A stretch of 63,584 nt of DNA, counting the filler, from Phoronis australis (lineage: Eukaryota > Animalia > Phoronida): the NCBI GenBank assembly GCA_002633005.1. It is 8 parts of 8 records of this genome, joined end to end, with 100 filler letters (N's around TTAATTAATTAA, not from the genome) between each part and the next. Parts side by side here need not be neighbours in the genome. Positions count along the whole stretch, not along the records: positions 48,823 to 57,453 come from NMRA01001878.1; positions 57,554 to 61,341 come from NMRA01002841.1; positions 61,442 to 63,584 come from NMRA01002298.1; 5 more parts are not named here. One strand, given 5' to 3'. Positions 50,329 through 62,819 of the stretch are shown here, one piece after another (position 1 is the first letter of the stretch; each line of letters begins with the position of its first letter). The notes beneath the pieces are model-generated. The model was not told the origin of the DNA. It did not search any database and saw nothing but the letters and a program-made list of their open reading frames with translations. The position numbers were made by a program, and so were the translations under genes.

Positions 50329-51940
50329 GTGCTACATGGCTTTCAAGTCCGACCGAGATATGGTGGCAGATTTCTTGTTCCTCAACATTACCAACGCGGG
50401 AGTGACGTTGTACGTGTACAGCTCAACAAACGACGCACCTTATTGGGTAATGTCATAGATTTTGGAAACAATGTGACACGGTTGTACGCGCCTACCCCAC
50501 GTTTCAGTCCCTTATATGGTCGCCATGTAGATAAGCGGATTGGTGTGTTGTGACCGCGGCCACACGGACCCGTTAATTTGTCAACATTTATAACTATTTA
50601 TTCTGGAAGGCCTTCTTAATGAATTAACAGTGGTTTCCAGGAGGGCTCTACCAATGAGAATATGATATATGTACGCAGTATTGAACAGCAGGCCAGAGAT
50701 AAGAACATTGACACTTTTTCATACTGATAGAAAACAAGTGGCGACTTTCTATTTCTGAAAGAAAAAGGCGCCTGTCCTTTCAATACTGTGGTATACATGG
50801 CAACATCAACTAAAACTTAATAAGTTTAAAAAGAAACTACAATTTTTAATAAAGTGTACAAAATTGAATCGTGAACAAATAAGATAAACATACGTAACAG
50901 TGAGTAGACAAGTAAAGCAATACAATGCATGAAACAGTAAATTAAGATATCAATAGAAACAAGAGTAAAACTGAGACATATACAGAGATTCGAAGCACTT
51001 TAAATGGCAGCAATATTTGACTTTGAACTCGGCTATTGCTGTTGACTTTCGCAAAAAATCGCCTTCCATTGATTGCTGACACATTATGACTAACGAAATG
51101 AAAACGGTAGCCTGGCATTACCTCAGCCGAGGACTCATCCACTGCGGTTCGCAGTTCACCGACCGTCAGTTTGAATAGGGCAGTCCGGATTACACGGCGA
51201 CACTCAAACCTCGCTGTAATTACCCACAATGCCGTAAACATGCGTCGGGCCCATTTGCTACCTCTTTTTCGTGCCATTGGAGATGGCACATTATTTGCTA
51301 TTGNTCTGATTCTTTTCAAGTTATTCTCAGATCCATTTCTCTATTCGTCCTTCCAATGCCAACGAAGTATAATTACTGCTGTGCTGTGGGCTGCAACTCC
51401 GACGTAAGAACGTTTGACGCAGGATGTGAAATTCTTCGCTTTTCCGACATCAACGAGAGACACCAAAATGTGCCTGATTTACAAAACGAGATCATGCACT
51501 TTCTTAACTCTGAGACAAACGAAAGTTCTACCGCCCTGTAATCCGGGATGGCCTTATTCTACGGGAGCGTCTGAACCTGTTCCAGTTTACAAGTTCGTGA
51601 CAATATCCCGCTACCGCGGCGAGGAGAGCGCGCATTTTTACTTCTCGATCGAATCTTTGTGTATATTCTGATTCCCTGTTTGTATACGATCTAAGGATAT
51701 TTGGCTGAAAACTGTAATTATCTAAATGACCTTAACCGTTGCATGAATGTCTCAACGAAAGTGTTAATTCGAGCAATGAACTGCAGAACATTAAGTTCCC
51801 CACACCGGTTGGCCAGTATTAATTGTCCGGTACTTTGACAAGTTAATGTCATAAATCCGGTCATTAATTGCCATTCAGACCGTCAGCATGCAAGACAAGA
51901 TTTTCTCAGTATCAGGTGTTTCGATTTACTGCAGAAAAAG
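50329..51940 (+). CDS. Unidentified spliced exons (50329-50446 and 51879-51940; possibly 48988-49043), weakly CUB-like
   Basis: Good splice sites and compatible phase: CYMAFKSDRDMVADFLFLNITNAGVTLYVYSSTNDAPYW|TVSMQDKIFSVSGVSIYCRK. Confidence 0.35.
51356..51470 (+). pseudogene. THAP-domain N-terminal remnant
   Basis: MPTKYNYCCAVGCNS, then after a frameshift DVKFFAFP. Confidence 0.6.
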
Positions 51941-52170
51941 GTAAGTTCAGCAAAAAATATCTCGTAACTTAGCCAAACAGTGCTGTTACGTGATCGATGG
52001 AGTTTATCTCCTAACGTGTTGCCGGCATATCTCTTGCGGGATTTTGTTTAGCTCTACGCACCCTGTCCACCAATTTCCGAAATGTCACCAATGCCTTGAA
52101 GAATAATAGCGAGTTAGCGAGGACTTTCATTTAAATTCTTGTTGAGTTATTTAACGACCTTTTAAGTTAA

Positions 52171-53857
52171 AGGCGAAGGCAACCTTTTTCCATGTCATTT
52201 TGAGCTAAAATAAGGTTGGTTGGTTATCCTAGACATATTTTCCACTTAATTACAGCTTTTCGTAATTTTATTAATCATTCGTCCGCTACTCCGGAAGTGA
52301 CGTTTTAGGAGGCAAGCATTTCGCGCCAATTTCTTTTCATATAGTCTGACTGTGAATCGTAATTTTATTAATTACTCGTCCGCTACTGTGGAAGTGACGT
52401 TTTAGGAGGCAAGCATTTCGCGCCAATTTCTTTTCATATAGTCTGACTGTAAGAGCTGCCGAGTCAGTCATTATTCTACCTCGGTTGTGTTAAGTTCTGT
52501 CGTCGTTTGCTTTCATTTACTAGTCAGTCAACATGCCACACTGTTGCTGGGTACCGGAATGTACTAATTAGCGGCTCCCGCACGCTTTGGGAGTACCTTT
52601 GCATCGCTTTCCGATGGATGACACACTTCACCGTACTTGGCTCGTTCGTGTGAAGAACGCAGCGTTACCCGTCCACGCAACGTACAAAGCAGTGGAGAAT
52701 TACCGAGTGTGTGGCAAGAACTTTCTGCCGTGCGATTACGAAAGGGATTTGTACGCTGAACTGATGAAGTTCCCTGCGAAACAACGCCTGAAGAAGGATG
52801 CCATTCCGTCTGTGTTGATTCCCGGCAGTGCTCCGTCGCCACCCCCGAGAAGCCTAGTGCGTTTTTGAAGCGAGAAGCCTCGCGAGCTGTGGCCAGTACA
52901 GTGACTTGTGCCAGTGGAGGCACTTCATCTACTGTCACCCGTGCCTCCGAACGTACCCCAGAGCGTGCAATTTCTGGAACCTGTAGTGATTCGCCCTGTG
53001 CTGTTTTCTCCAGTCCAGGGCCTCTAAGCAGCCCTGCAGCGATATTGAGTAGTGGGAGTGATTACAGGCCCAGTTCGACACCCATTGAGGAGGACAGTTC
53101 GTCGTTCAGTGAACAGATCGGTGAGCCAAACTTTGATAAGTTTATTGTGGACTTGTCTATTTAGAAGGTGCCAGGTGGGTGGCGAGGGAGTCACACGACA
53201 CGATGTAAGCAGTTTGGGTGCTCAGGTCACCATCCAGTGGGAGTGTGTCGCGGGACACTCTGGCAAGTGGGTCCTCTATCCGTGGTATGCCGGAGGTCCA
53301 CTTAACCATGTACAGTAGTGGCTTGGCCTCCTCGAACTCTGAACAGCACAAGCATTCCATTGACTGTAGGCATAACAACGCACGCAGTGCATTTGCACCA
53401 AGATGTGTCAGCACGTCTGTCCTCAGTAGCCGCCTCGTTTCTCTTAACAGCTGCCTGTGCCCGTGCGTACTCTGCCTCGTTATACTCAGGCTCAAACATG
53501 TACCCACCCACTGAATGTCCGTGAAAAAATTCCTCGTCNNNNNNNNCAATCCCTAAATCCAACGTAGTTGAGTTCTCTACTAACCTATCTTGCCGCAGAA
53601 TACTCGCCGATGGAAAGTGGTGCGACAATTGTTGAAAAACAGCACGAAACAAAAGTAGAATAGAACAGATTCGCACGGTAAAGTCAACGCAAAACCAAGT
53701 GGCGGGAAACGCTTGCCTCCTAAAATGTCACTTCCGGAGTAGCGGACGAGTAATTTATAAAATTACGAAAAGCTGTAATTAAGTGGAAAATATGTCTAGG
53801 ATAACCAACCAACCTTATTTTAGCTCAAAATGACATGGAAAAAGGTTGCCTTCGCCT
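52171..53857. mobile_element. Internally deleted Kolobok DNA transposon: THAP-transposase 5' part (+, ATG 52533) converging on a P2X7-like Cys-rich partner gene (-)
   Basis: TTAA TSDs, AG..CT ends, ~160-bp TIRs. THAP MPHCCWVPECTN*..LHRFP..W..VCGKNF..LKKDAIPSV. Minus strand GYMFEPEY..TSWCKCTACVVMPT/ECLCCSE. Confidence 0.9.
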
Positions 53858-55166
53858 TTAAGGTAATATCCGCTACTCCCAGTTCCGAAATGCGGAGTCG
53901 TAATGTTGTTAAAAATGAAATCGAAGCTAGTAAAGCACAACTCTTTCTTGACAATTCATCGGGCAAGTACCGAAGCCCTCTTTCGAAAGCATTTATAAAG
54001 TCATTTTTGACATTTCCAAGGTTGAAAAGTTTGGATTATCGTTCAAAACACTATTCAAATGGTTATAGAAACGTATGTGAAACTCTCTTTGATTGAAAGT
54101 ACCTGGACGTTTACACAACAAACATCGAGTTTTAAAGCTTGTTACAAGAAATAATTCCGTGGTATGCACTCGAGTGTTGCTCTGTTGATTAATAATATTT
54201 AGGGGCGATCGGACAGTAAATGATACTCGCTACCGGACCTTATGTGTAGGCCTCTGAAATTTGAATAAAATACATAGTTTCGTTGACATTTCTTATCAGC
54301 AATAGTAAGTGCCTGTACATGGCTCGTAAAATATCATATACTAAGTTTTCTTCAACATACCCTGTGTCAAATGTGCCGTGTGTTTGGGATCACCAACATG
54401 CCACTGGCTGTTCGGAGTCCACCTTCAGCTCAGTTCTCATAAATCTCGCCTCATTCCTTAAGGATATGCAGGACCCTATTGACAAATCGGTGAATTTTAT
54501 CATCTATCTACAAAACTAATGATTCTAACTAATATTACTCAGTAAAAATAAAGAAGAATTTTCGACTTCTTCAGATATCAATTTCTCATTACTTGGTCAC
54601 TTGACCATGTCTCTAGTAAAACGTTGCAAAGAAAGTTACATTGATAACAAAACTACGCCATAAATAACATGACTTAATTTTCTCAGTTTAAATGTTCAAG
54701 ATAAAATCTCAAAAACGCTGTTACAGTTTTTTAAAATGTCTTGATTTTGCTTATTGCTATGAGAATCATAAAATACTAATTTTACACCCCCTTATGTAAC
54801 ATTTTAGAAACAATATTCTTAGCTGCTTTTAAGACTACACTTCACAAGGTATGGAATCCAAAAGCGCCATTGGAATCCAATCAGCCATTTCTGACATACA
54901 TATGTGACGTTTCCAATTGAACCAGATCGGACACCTTAATGTGGGATTGTATGGACTGTCGTTCAAGCTGAGCGTTATTGCCACAAAAGTTACTGTAGGA
55001 GCAGGATAGCATTAGTAGTCCAGTCATTCTAGGGCTCCAGAGGGCCCAACCTAGAAAAAATTGCAACAGAAGGTTTTTTTGCATAAATGAACCTAGCCGA
55101 AGCAGTGAGTGAGGCACTTTGTTATACTGCATTCTTGATTATACCATTGGGTCTCAACTGTCACAA

Positions 55167-57453
55167 TAGTCCAGTCATTCTAGGGCTCCAGAGGGCCCAA
55201 CCTAGAAAAAATTGCAACAGAAGGTTTTTTTGCATAAATGGCATCTTCAAACCTCCCTTGGTGTCAGAAAAAAAATCTACCGAAATCGGAGTGGCGGAAG
55301 TCGGTTTTTCAAGATGGCGGAAAAAATGGCCGACAAAACCGGTGACTACTGTTTTCTGGCACATTACTCTTATGAAACAGCTAAAAATAAAACAATAAAG
55401 TTTGTCATTGATTATATACTTTTCATAACAGGCATACCAGCCAAAAGATGCCAATTTTCCGTACAATAAAACCAATATGGCCGACAAAATGGCGGCCGAA
55501 AGGGCAATTTGGTACATGTTGCAAGATTTCTTTTTATATTTTGCCCTGAAAATGGCAAAAGTTTTATTCTTTTATAAGTTAGAGAATTTAAAATATCTGG
55601 ACCTTACAATTGGACACTGGTTTGCGAGAAAAAAATCAAGATGGATGACAAAATGGCCGCCAAAATGGCTGCCAATTCACAAACCCCAATTTACCGCTTT
55701 TACGTTCTGCAAACTTTGTTTGTAACCTGATACGCATTTACACAAAAACATCTTACAATCTACAGTCAGGGTTAATGAGTTGATTGTTTCTATAACTTGA
55801 TTTAAGATTTATATACTAAATGTGGAATTTTAATCACATTTTAGATTACATAACATAAACATTGGTGTGTTTTTCAGAAAAGGCTTTAGTTAAATTTTCA
55901 TTATAAATTTCACAAACTCAATTATTTTTCTGTAAAATATGATCATTTGAGGTATCAAAAATAATATTTGTTAGAAAAATGTTATTCAGGTGGAGTTATT
56001 GGTTTATTCATTATACAAACCCTTAATAAAATTGGGCAGGAAGTGGCTTCTTTCTCTGCTATTGGAGATATTATTAGTTGTTCCCAAGCATCGATTTCGT
56101 CTGCTGCTGGCATGTATTGAGAATTGGCTACTGATTTCACCTGAATTTGATGAAAAGCAAACAGGATTGTGTAACAAAAAGTTATTAATTAAATTTTAAT
56201 AGTTAGGACCCACAATTTGATTAATATGCATGCTTTTTATGAACACATTCAACTGATTTTATAGGAAATTAGTGCCTGCAAACTAAACGATAGTGATCTG
56301 CAGTCACTTATTCTTAGCCAGGCTTGGAAGATTTCATACTGAGATGAGCTTTCTGGAATGTATTGGATACGTAATGTCAAGCACAGGGCTTTAAGGAGTT
56401 CTTGAGACGGTGCATGCATCAAACAGTGTGATCCTTATGTTAAATGGAAAAAGTGTGGATAGAGCAGTGAGGGGGCATATGTTGGTAGACTCAGCACTGA
56501 ATGCTATCATAAAAGCCAGAATATTCAACAGCCCACTTCCAAATATTGACAGATCAAGTAACGCCAATCCAAAACCAATGAAGAAATAAATTCAGGTTCT
56601 TCAGAAATTCCAGGAGTCCGGAATGTCACCAATACAAAACTCACAGATTACATGCCAAGAGGTGGAGCAGTTCAATGCTTGTACACAAATTTTGGCTCGT
56701 CAGAATATGGAGACAGATTCTTCAGACATCCCAGACATCCCAACTGATCACATAACTAGATGTATACTATGGGGCATGCCATGCCCAGCCAGTGTCTTCT
56801 GATTCTGAACCTTGGATTACAGTGGAATGCCCTCACAAGTCACTTCTGGTTTCCGACCTACTGCCATTGGTATATTCAAAAACGACTGAATCAGAGTATA
56901 GGTCTTCAGAATCCACAGTGACAGAGAATAGTTCGTCAGAAGAATCGATGGCCAATGTTATTCTTCATGATGATTTGAGAGCTGGTCTGAAGCGGTATGA
57001 TGATCTTATTGCTGGCATGACGTCTGTGTGCGACGATGTATGCTCGTCGGAGTGTCTTGTGGGTATCCATAAAAAATCAAACCACATAAATCAGACTTGT
57101 CCATGCAAAGTCCAATCATTAGTCTTTGACTACGGTATATTAAGATGATTGACATCCTTCGACTTTTTTAAAAGCAGAAATAACGTCAGATTGGGAGCTT
57201 CACCTAAAAGTAGTTTTTGAAATGCTGCCTTACTTTGCCGCTGCTGGTCACAACTCTTATGCAAAATCTTCATACATATACTTGACTAAAGCAGACGTAG
57301 CAACTCAAAGACACCCGCCCAGACGTCTAGGGCCAACAAACCATAAGACAAAGTGACAGATTCTGGGCAGGCTTGTCATAATGAGATAAGACCTTGTAAT
57401 TGAACAAATGCTCATGAAAAGCATTAAAACAACAGGAGGTTTAACTTGAGGTT
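55167..57453 (+). mobile_element. Academ-type DNA transposon remnant, cut by gap pad
   Basis: TAG terminus and aa(a/g)atggc subterminal repeats. Degraded transposase blocks FHTEMSFLECIGYVM, MLNGKSVDRAVRGHMLVDSAL, WELHL..EMLPYFAAAGHNSYAKS, FWAGLS..DLVIEQMLMKSIKTTGGLT. The first 74 bp are duplicated at 55016-55089. Confidence 0.8.
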
Positions 57454-57553
57454 NNNNNNNNNNNNNNNNNNNNNNNNNNNNNNNNNNNNNNNNNNNNTTA
57501 ATTAATTAANNNNNNNNNNNNNNNNNNNNNNNNNNNNNNNNNNNNNNNNNNNN

Positions 57554-57655
57554 CTCAAGCAATGATGATGTGCTGAATATGGCCTCAAGCAATGATGATG
57601 TGCTGAATATGGCCTCAAGCAATGATGATGTGCTGAATATGGCCTCAAGCAATGA
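57554..57655. repeat. 30-bp tandem repeat
   Basis: ctcaagcaatgatgatgtgctgaatatggc x3 plus a partial copy. Confidence 0.9.
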
Positions 57656-58090
57656 CAAAGTATCACTTCTTTCTGAGCCCAAAAATAGCTTCTAATCTGA
57701 ACAAGTCACAAATTGAAATGAGTTTTCCCAATTATGGTAAGTATTTTGGCAGAAGGCAGGGTTCATAACAACTTCACATGTTTAGATTGCGTTTACTTTT
57801 TTGAGCTGACAATAGGATGGTAAACTGGCAAGTATTCACAGAACAACACCACTTATGAATCTGGAGGGTCGAAGTCATCAAGCATATACTGGTAACTAAC
57901 AGCACCATATGTACACAGTGGGTCACCACTACTAATGTAAATGTTAGGCCAACACCACTCAATATGAAACACCAATCAAACGTACAACGCTATCTAATCA
58001 CCCATGTAAAGAGAGGCCACCACTGCAAACGTTAATGTTGGGATAACACCATCCACGGATCAAGCATTCTTCCATGGCAAAGAAAGTTAC

Positions 58091-59464
58091 CTGACTTGCG
58101 CCTGTCGTAATGAACACGTTCATTCTTATACCACTGCAGGGTCGCCACTCGCGTTCGTTGCGATCGTCTCACACCATCTGGTGCCTCACTCGGATAAACT
58201 GTAATTTTGGACAGAAAATATAACAAGGTCTCGTAGAGAAGAATGGACGAATTACCTAAAGGCCTCTAACCACAATTACAGCCAGGGGTACTTTCAAGGA
58301 ATGTGAATCTAGGCAGAGGAAACCTTTACAAGAAAGAAGATGTCTGATATCACAGTAATAATAAGACAAAAATAGCAGTGACTAGATACCTAACAACAGC
58401 TTACAGTTCTTAGAGAAATATCATGTAATGTGTACACTTGTAGTTGTACTCGGCATATCTTTAAGTTCAAAGCGAGTAAGGTTCATCACCAGTGATAATA
58501 AAGTTATCCAATGTGATGAACACATATGCTGCTTAAAGCCCTGTTTTATACCCTACCATCGCATAACAATGATCATAGTACTTGAACTGTTTTGAAAAAC
58601 ACTTGTCTTAAGGGTGGTGCCTAGCAGTAAAAAATAGCAGATGTAGACGCTGGTATTGGCCAATAGTGAAATATATCTAATGAACACAGAAAACTCTGGA
58701 ACCCCAACAGAGAATCGAATCACAGGTCTCTAGATTGCTGGTCTAGAGCTCTTACCACTAAGCTACTGAGGACCTGATATCTTTGCGGTTACTGTTTGCA
58801 CCCAACTGTTATGTCATCCATGGATGCACAGACATCGGGTCCTAAGTCGCTCAGAGGTAAGAACACTAGAACGGCAACCTGGTAAAAATTAGCAGACGGG
58901 ACCACTTTGGTTATAGGAACTCCTTCTTCAGCTTGAAATTTGTAGTTATAACCATGTATATTTTCAAACCCTCTGCTGACAAATAGGAAATTTTTCCTGT
59001 GTCATAATGTATAGCAATATTCCTATAACAATATTAGTACATGAATCCCACTCTGACACATATTTTACAGGTAATCCATGAGTCAAGCTCCACAGGTAGT
59101 AATTGTAATTTTCCATGAATTTCACTTCACACACAGAGCAGACGTTCCTATGCAAACCTAAGTGTGCTATGAACTCGCGACATAACTCGCAAAATTGGTT
59201 ATTTTTTTATTCGTCTTATGAAAACCTTGAATTAGTTTTCACTCTTTTTCCATTTTCCACAATTATTATATCCAAGGAAACTGTTTTTGTCATTTCCCAT
59301 TCTTACCAAGGACTTATGAAGATCAAGAGTCTTGTGTCAACCAGATTTCATCATTCAAAATGCTAAACAAGAAATTCAAGGACTTTCAAGGACTTTTGAG
59401 GATAATTTAGGCCATACTCAATGCAAATTCAAGGCTAGATATTGAGTACAACAATGTGTGTGTG

Positions 59465-59530
<66 letters not shown>

Positions 59531-61267
59531 CGTGCACAAACGCCCCCTCCCCTTCGCAACTGGGAATAATCTTTAAAAGAGGGAACCAATTTATAAAACT
59601 TGCATAAAATGTGCATCGAGAAGATCAGATGCACTTCATGATCACATAAAATGTGTTTTTACAGCAATAAAAATCAAACTGGCAGAATACAGCCACTTAT
59701 AATTACGGTCTTTCAAATATTTTGAAGGCTAAAAGCTGAAATTCAAGGGCTTTTAAAGGCCAAAATTACATTCATGGACTATTCACTCTTACCTCGAGGG
59801 CTTTTCACGACTGCACGACTCATGACCTACATCAACCACCCGGCATTTCCGTTTCTATTTTTCAGCTTGGTGCTATCCATTCAAATATTATGAACCAACA
59901 TTGCAGGTAATGGTCTGATACAATGTGCCCGAATTTTGAGAACCAGTTTTCTCCACTAAATAACGGACATCAAACTGGTTCTCAAATTACGGGCACTTTA
60001 TATCAGACTGGTGCCAACATTACAAGCAGTACTAACTTATTTTGCATTTCTTGCGTTCCGTGTCTGGTTTAGTGATAGGTACTGGTGTCTGACTGGTTGT
60101 CACTTCAAAGAAATGTTTGGGGCTGGATGCTGTCAGATCTGCAGCGGCGCTGGACGATAAACGGTTGGTTTCCTGCGGTGTTTGGTGCACCGAGTGATCA
60201 CGGGTTAGCATGTCGGATGGGCGACTTCGGGTGGTCCTCTTTTTCAGTATTGAGCGTGGGGCAGAAGCTGAAAAGAAGAAATAAGAAAGTCGATCATTAC
60301 AGCAGCATCAGCAGCAAGAGGTTGTAGGTCACTGAGCGTGCTCACACTCAACGACAAACTTCACAAGCAACTTAACATATGAAATGTGTGCCAGTTAAAT
60401 CTCAGATATGACGGTCTGAGCTGTGACTTGGCGCATGACCTTTGATGAAATGGGTACCAAAGAACAGCTGGCATTAATGTATCGCAGATGCACTATAATA
60501 ATTGTGATATCACCATAATCATAAATAGAAGAGCATTAAGATTAATGAGTTTTAATGATATACTTCAGAATCATTGCCAGGACATTGCTTCGCAGCAATA
60601 AAGTACATGCCAACACAAACTCAGCCAAATACCCTGTCATGACGGCTGAGTGAAAGCAGAGCTCAGCATCAGAAAAGCTAGAATTCCCTGTCATGACATG
60701 GGAAAACCGTATTTTGTCTGATTTTTTGACGTGCACTGTGCCAGTGAAATAACACTACCAGAATGCAAATGTTCAATGTTGATAGAACTGATGGACTTAC
60801 AAGAATTTCCAACTTACATACAGCTAGATACAACTAACATCTCAGATTCTGGAAAGATAGCTTAAAACTCCAAGAATTTTCCAGGACATCTTACCAAATT
60901 TTCCATGACTTCCAAAAAGATCACACAATTCCAGGCCATGATTTTCAGAATCTTTAAAAAATATTTATGTAGAAAACTTGCAGACATTCCCTACAACTGA
61001 ACAAATTCCCATGGGTACGATAGTTCCAATATTGATTTTCAGCCCTCCAGATATAAAGTGCAATTACGTCCCATTCAGGATAAAATCCAGCTGTATCCAA
61101 CTTATGATGCGAGTTTAACCATATTCCAGTAAATATTCCAACATCAGCATTACCTGGTGTGCTGGCCAGTCTGACTGGAGTAGCCTCTGCCAACTCTGGG
61201 CTGGGGTTTTCATCATCACCTCTCTGGGTAAACTCAGGGCTCAGGCTCCTTCGTTTCCCAGAAGATC
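58091..61267 (-). CDS. CENPC: Centromere protein C, internal exons 61154-61267, 60037-60267 and 58091-58198
   Basis: Three open phase-1 exons. KIIYPSEAPDGVRRSQRTRVATLQWYKNERVHYDRRKSG aligns with the recalled CENP-C motif region (LVLPSNTPNVRRTKRTRLKPLEYWRGERIDYQGRPSG). Upstream exons are S/T/P/R-rich and look disordered. Confidence 0.8.
58698..58882. repeat. Divergent pair of tRNA-like heads (- 58698-58774; partial + 58838-58882)
   Basis: Minus ggtcctcagtagcttagtggtaagagctctagaccagcaatctag..gattcgattc. Plus ggtcctaagtcgctcagaggtaagaacactagaacggcaacctgg. Confidence 0.6.
59455..59535. repeat. (TG)n microsatellite followed by (CG)n
   Basis: Direct reading. Confidence 0.97.
59913..60009. repeat. 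~37-bp-stem imperfect hairpin in a CENP-C intron
   Basis: gtctgatacaatgtgcccgaattttgagaaccagttt pairs with aaactggttctcaaattacgggcactttatatcagac. Confidence 0.8.
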
Positions 61268-62819
61268 CTGGAAATTGACAATTGTCAGCCATCACAAATT
61301 CTCTCGTTAACATAATTATGCTATTATTTTCTAAACAAAAANNNNNNNNNNNNNNNNNNNNNNNNNNNNNNNNNNNNNNNNNNNNTTAATTAATTAANNN
61401 NNNNNNNNNNNNNNNNNNNNNNNNNNNNNNNNNNNNNNNNNCATGTAGTAAAAATTTCAAACACCTTGCGTGTCAAATTAGACGTAACCTTTACAAAATG
61501 GAAGGTACTGATACATATTAAATTCAATAATTCACTGAAAGCACTGGGAATGGATGAAACACACAAAAAGCACTCAGTTTAAACACATACAAACTCAATG
61601 AATACTGGGATGTATCTGTTAAAAGAGCACGCCAACAAAGATGGCCGTATTTTGCATCAATTTAGATCGACTAGTTCCACTTGATAACTACTTATCAACT
61701 CTTTTACCTGACACTAGACCACAAGTAAAGGTGAACAAATTAGTCTGTGATGCGAATGGGTGATTACTGTGTGTCACTTAGTTCACTCTTTGGCACAAAA
61801 CAAGAAAATTTATTGCCTGGCCTTATTAATTGCCTGGCTTTATTAATAACCTGGCCGTATTGTTTTGCACCAATAAAATTACACTAAACAGCGGTTTGAA
61901 ACTCGAAAGTACAGTGCGGCATTTTGAGATGAAAGCAGACTTCCCCAGCTAGTCCAAGTGTGGAAAGAAAGTGTTTGTTTGGTAAGTTGGAAGCCACAAC
62001 TTACAACGGTATTTGTGTGATAAAGAAATATCATTGCCGTGAATTGTAATTTAGATGTGACAAATTATTCAAATTCAGATATGCAAATTTGCAAAAACGG
62101 AGTGACCGTTTGGGATTCTGCTGCGACCAAGCGATTAAGTGATAGTCATTCAATTTGAACACTGCTAGTACCAAATGTTCTTCAAGTCAAACAAAGTTCC
62201 CTAACAGCAAAAAATGGTGTACCCAAAAGTGATTCAAAGAGATATAATCATTTTGTGCGTTGATGACTATAATTCAGTGGACCATGTGTAGAGATATACC
62301 TCATTGTGTTTATTGATCTTGACCACTGGTCCAGAACTGCACACAGATTAGTGTCCTGAATTTCTCCTAATTTCTGCTCTTACTCGGCAGGTTACATTCA
62401 CAAGCAAGGTAAGGCATGTGAGTGTACTAATCACTTAAAATTGATCATCAGTTTCTACTTGCAGTTAAAGTGACTATGTTTCAGTCATTCACTGAACAGA
62501 GTGAAGACTATATGTGTCTGCTCCAGCCATCACAGACATCAAGGAGTTTGTAATGTACTGCATATACATGACTAACCTTTATAAGTGTGACTGGCTTGTA
62601 ATGTAACTTGTCAACAGTATGTAGAGGCAGGTCACTACCTCTGCCATCGTAAACATGGATTTTACTGCTTTCTTTTTCTGCTCTGAAAGGCAAAATGTCA
62701 ACAGTTCAGATTAGTGGGCATTAAAACTGGTCTAAAATACTGTGGGCATTAAAACTGGTCTAAAATACCGACTGACAATCAGTTCACCACACGATAGCTA
62801 CTGACACATTTATTGAGTG

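Noticed and set aside
58698-58774. Functional tRNA gene
   Set aside because: Acceptor and T stems are mismatched and the B-box is degenerate, so it is treated as a tRNA-derived repeat.
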